A stretch of 64,000 bases of DNA from Amoebidium appalachense (taxonomy: Eukaryota > Protista > Ichthyosporea). The stretch lies in assembly GCA_963693365.1 (NCBI GenBank), contig CAVNZM010000001.1, positions 16,859,840 through 16,923,839 on the forward strand. Direction: 5' to 3'. The notes below the pieces were generated by a model, which was not told the DNA's origin, did no database searches, and saw only the letters and a program-made list of their open reading frames with translations. This document shows, piece after piece, positions 59,568-64,000 of the stretch; positions within the stretch are counted from its first letter, which is position 1, and every line of letters starts with the position of its first letter. The position numbers were made by a program, and so were the translations under genes.

Positions 59568-60981
59568 GTGAGATATCTGTGATATATATCTCGAATGCTT
59601 ATTTTTTTTGCGCAATGGTGTTGAGGCCGGGGGGTTACTGACTCTATCAGGATCCTTCGTACATCGTGTGGTCACACACACATATGGTATATTTTTAGGC
59701 CTAGTCAAGGGTGACTCGAACAGATGCTACGGAATTACATACAAGGTTGAAGGAGGAAAACTATCTTTTTATCCCCCACGACCATAGCTATATCATGATA
59801 GTCCTATGCATGGCCATCTAGCAGCACTGAGGGACCCACGGTGCTACGATGCTACGTTGTATACGTCCAACTATTGTAGGCCAAGACAGCAGTCACTGAG
59901 TGTCCACATTTTTGAATCACGCGCGCGCATTTGACTTCGGGAAATATTTGATGCCAGATAAAATAGCAGCAAATGATTGGTGTTGTTTATGCCAGGTGCA
60001 TCTCCTAAACCTCCTTCCTCTAGGGTACCTATCATAAACAAATCTTTCATTGTGCCTGATTATTACTAACTAAGCACCATTAACATTATAATGTTGTAAC
60101 TAACTAAAATTATTTTTTTCCAAAAACGTTTTTGATATTTAATTTTGTTTTCATTCTATATGTAGTGTGATAATAAATTTGTAATGCCAAATTGCCAATA
60201 GCAAGAGTTTTCGGAAGACAAACTTGTCCTTCGGATTAAAGCAACAAGGGGTTTGGGGGATCACCTGAAACCTCTTTGAGGGGCGTGTGGTGGACATGTT
60301 TGTTTTGTTTTCCGGAAGAGCATTGATTTGAGAGCAGGTTGAAGTTTAAACAGTTTATGTCTTATAATGGCCTTTTGGTCTTTTAATTATGATTAGAACA
60401 ATTAAATTAATGAAAAAAAAAGGTTTTTATGTTAACTGGGCCTGTTAGTATTAGGTAGGTTCTGGTAGAATAACTAATTGATGTTCTTGATTCGCGGAAC
60501 CCGAGGGTAACTAAGAGTGGTGGGGGAACCGACAGGGAGGCTGCAAACATTCCTTTCAAACCAGCCAACCTGAAGGAGAAAGGGCACAGCTCAGTGTTCA
60601 GTACACTGTCATTTTGCAAAGCAAAAAGCACACCAAGCTCCAGTAGCGAAGCTGAAACATCCCTTTTGCTTCTTTCTATCAAACCAGAGTTGCTCTGACT
60701 TCAATACCTATATATATGCTTTCCCTCCGTCAAAAAATTAAAATCCTGCCCACGTGTGACACAAACGTGCACGCATGCACTCACCGATATCCCCAGCAAG
60801 CTTTCACTGGCATTTTTTCTCTGGTCTGTTGAAGCAACAACAAGAGTAGCCTGCAGGTGTAGGTGGAATTGGTTGTAGGGTAGAACATTTTTGCGCGTTC
60901 TATTTCCTGCAAAAAAACTCACTGGTTTAGCTTTCCACCCACACCCGAACAACTCTTCGTGCGGGCCAGCACACACGCACT

Positions 60982-61221
60982 ATGTCCAAGCAGCCACTGT
61001 CCAAAACCCTCTCAGGGTCTATGGGCGCCACTGCCGCGGCACACGCAGCAAAGTTCGACCGCACCAAGCTGACCCGGCAGAGAACAGAAAGTCATGTGAC
61101 TTCTTTGACAAGAAACAGTGTTGTTACACATGCCGAGCCCACAGACTATGACGGCGTGGCGACGGAAGCAGCCAAGTATGCCCAGAGGTATAACGGACCC
61201 ATCGATGATGTGCCGATGATG
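60982..61221 (+). CDS. Probable first coding exon of an unidentified gene continuing beyond the window
   Basis: An 80-codon non-repetitive ORF MSKQPLSKTLSGSMG...NGPIDDVPMM ends at the canonical donor G|GTGAGT and is followed by (GT)-rich intron-like sequence. No family recognised. Confidence 0.6.
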
Positions 61222-61370
61222 GTGAGTGCGTGTGTGCTTGTGCGTGTGCGTGTGCGTGTGTGTATAATTGTATGTTCGTGTGCATTTGTTCGTGTGCGCG
61301 TGTACGCGCGTGCGCGCTCGCGCGCGTGCGTGTTTGTGTGTGCACGTAAGTATTTGCCTCTGTGCCTCTG

Positions 61371-61407
<37 letters not shown>

Positions 61408-62376
61408 GTATGTGTGTGCGTGTGTGCGTGTGTGCGTGTGTGTGCGCGCGTGTGTCTGTGTGCCAGTGACTGTGACAATGTTATGGGTGTCCGTGGGTAC
61501 GTGAGTGAGTGTGTGTGTGTGCGCACGCGTGTGCCCGCGTGGTGCGTGGGTGAGCGTGAGCCAGTGTGGGAACGTTCTGTTGTTCCACCTGTGCGTCTGT
61601 GGGTGTGTATACGTGTGTGCGGGCTGGGCGCACACATTGACAATGTCGCTGTGGTGCGAAAAGGGATGTGTGCTTGTATGTAGTGGTGTGCCCGGTCACG
61701 TGTTTGTGTGTGCATGGCCATGTTGTGCATGCCTTTGTGTGCATGGGATGGCCCGCACGGTGTGCTTGCCAGTGTGAAGATGCCTGCTGTGCTGAAGTTT
61801 GTGACGGCCGTTGTTGCACGTCTGTGTGTGATTGTGGATGTGACCAGAGATGTGACCAGAAACACTGTGTGTGTGTGCCCGCGTGGCTGTAGGCATGACA
61901 ATACCAGTGTGAATATGTTTGCTTATGGATAAGTCTGTGGGTCGTGGGTGCACACTTGGTGGTGTTTGTGTGTGTGTGATTTGGTAATTCATTGTAAGTC
62001 TGTTTGTCTTGTCTCTCTCTCTGTCTGTGTGTGTGTTTGTATGTGTCTGTGTGTGCGTACATGGTTGTGGAAGGTACGTGTGTGTGGGGGTAATGCTGTC
62101 CCTGTGTACGTGTGTGTGTCTGTGTATGTGTGTGGGGGGGTGGGGGGGTGGGGGTGGGGGGGTGGCTTCGGAGGAGGGGATGACTTGCCTTTGTCATGTA
62201 TTCGTGTGGTGTTGCCGTGCACATGAATGAAAGTGGTTGTGTTGATGCGTGCCTGCATACACGCGTGTTGCACACACCTGCACCTGTGTGTTTGTATGCG
62301 CACGCGCGCGTGTGTAGGCGTGTGTGCATGTGTTTGTGTGTGTGTAATGTGTGTGTAGGTGTGTCAACTTATAGTC

Positions 62377-62449
<73 letters not shown>

Positions 62450-63400
62450 GTGTGTGTGTGTGTGGGTGGGTGGGTGCACGCAGGTGCGCGGGTGCATGCA
62501 TGTGTGCATGTGTGTGTGTGTCTGTGTATGCCTGTCACGTTTATCATTCTGAGGAGGTCCAAGTGTAGGCACGACCTCTGGTGTTTCTGGGGGCATGTGT
62601 TCTGAATGCCTTGCGTAGGTCTGCATTTGATTTGTTGGTGTGCTTGCACCCATCCTACGTGCATAGTACCTGTGAAATGACCGAGTGCTTAGCCTCATAG
62701 TGTGCTTGTAGGTACATATATTGGCCGTGAAGGAGTGTGTATGTGTGTTTTGGGGGGGGGAGGGGGGAAGGAGGGGGGGGGGGGGGGGGGAGAAGGGGAT
62801 GAGGGAGAGAGAGAGCATGTGTGTGTCAGTGTTGACAGTAAGTAAGAGAGACAGGGAGGGAGCAAAACGGAGAGAAAGGAGAGAGATTATGCTTTTGTGT
62901 GTCCGCGTGTGAGTGTGCTTGTATGTTTGTGCCTGGGCGCGCATGCATGTGTACACGTGTGTGAAACCGTGCTGATGTGTGTGGGGGGGCTCGTGCGCGT
63001 ATGTGTGTGTCTGGCTGCGCCTGTGTGTGTCTGTTATGGTGGTCACGGGGGTAGGCGTAGGAAGGGAGGCGAAGAAGGGGACGCAGGGTAGGAGATGTTA
63101 AGTGTCTTCGACCCGAGGTGATAGTGCCCGGGTTCAACGGTCTTTGGTTCTAGAATGAAGAAGAAGAAGTGGGCAGGATGTGACTTTTTGGAGATTGGGA
63201 GGAGGGAGAGGGGGGAGGGGAGGGAGGAAATGCTGGAGGAGCGGTTGTGTCTGAGAGAAGGTTATGTTGAACTGATTTGTAACTGTAAGTGGAACCACAA
63301 ATACTTGCGGGGTGGGGGAAGAGGGGAAGGGGGGGGTGAGGGTTATAAGTGAGTCGGGAGGGAAGGGGATGACTTATTGGTCACAGTCTGCCCTGTGGAG

Positions 63401-63471
<71 letters not shown>

Positions 63472-63593
63472 CTGTTAATTCACATATACATGCTGACGAA
63501 CACACGCAATACACACACATACAGCGCACGAATGTCGCGCACACACACCATCCACATGCACAAACACATACAAGCACACACACACATTCCCAT

Positions 63594-63631
<38 letters not shown>

Positions 63632-63899
63632 TTTTTTTTTTTTTTTTTTTTTTGCACTGACTTGCGCACACGTACTCATTCGCTCTCTCGACGCACTATT
63701 GGGCAAAACCACTGTACGAGCCTCACCACAAGTTATTTCACAGTCACGAGGACACTAACACATCGGTTCCCCTGTCCCTTCCCCCCCCCCTCAAGGCCTA
63801 GCCCTCGCCCCACCCTCCCCCTTCCCCTCCTTTCCCCTCCTCTCGCCTCACCCCCTCACCCCTCCCCTCCCTCTCCTCCCGCCCTCCTCCCCTCCCTCT

Positions 63900-63930
<31 letters not shown>

Positions 63931-64000
63931 ACACACACACCCTTCCCCACCCTTCTCCCTTTCACCCTTTCAAGAAACCCCCAAGTGCCATCAAAGCCAA

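Noticed and set aside
58900-60500. AT-rich stretch as a viral or transposon insertion
   Set aside because: There is a composition shift and one local duplication only, with no long ORF or defined termini.

Overview
Intron-rich eukaryotic genomic DNA, saturated with poly-C/poly-G tracts and (CA)/(GT)/(CT) microsatellites. These tracts generate most entries in the ORF track, which are spurious. The MiT/TFE motifs point to a holozoan, possibly a unicellular relative of animals such as an ichthyosporean (inference). Spliced genes reconstructed by hand: a MiT/TFE (MITF/TFEB-like) bHLH factor (+, ~7998-13543), Pelota/Dom34 (+, 18849-28591, 9 exons, 391 aa), a Thr-rich mucin-like protein (-, 32306-~41952), an Old Yellow Enzyme-type flavin oxidoreductase (+, 45488-48486), a RING-like plus triple His/Cys-repeat protein (-, 50878-56649) and the first exon of an unknown gene (60982). 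A young full-length Ty1/Copia element (34914-40790; 765-bp LTRs, CCCAC target duplication) sits in an intron of the Thr-rich gene. The most unusual object is a 2.83-kb element at 15087-17915. It has PIF/Harbinger TIRs, a TTA target duplication and only a truncated Harbinger transposase. It also carries an uninterrupted Crypton-like tyrosine recombinase ORF and, directly downstream of that ORF, a 150-190 nt hairpin whose mismatches are almost all tandem GA/GA pairs on one strand. This is a candidate hybrid DDE/tyrosine-recombinase mobile system with a folded single-stranded DNA site. Also notable: G-rich 5' versus C/CA-rich 3' intron polarity, and a family of short, sense-oriented intronic repeats.
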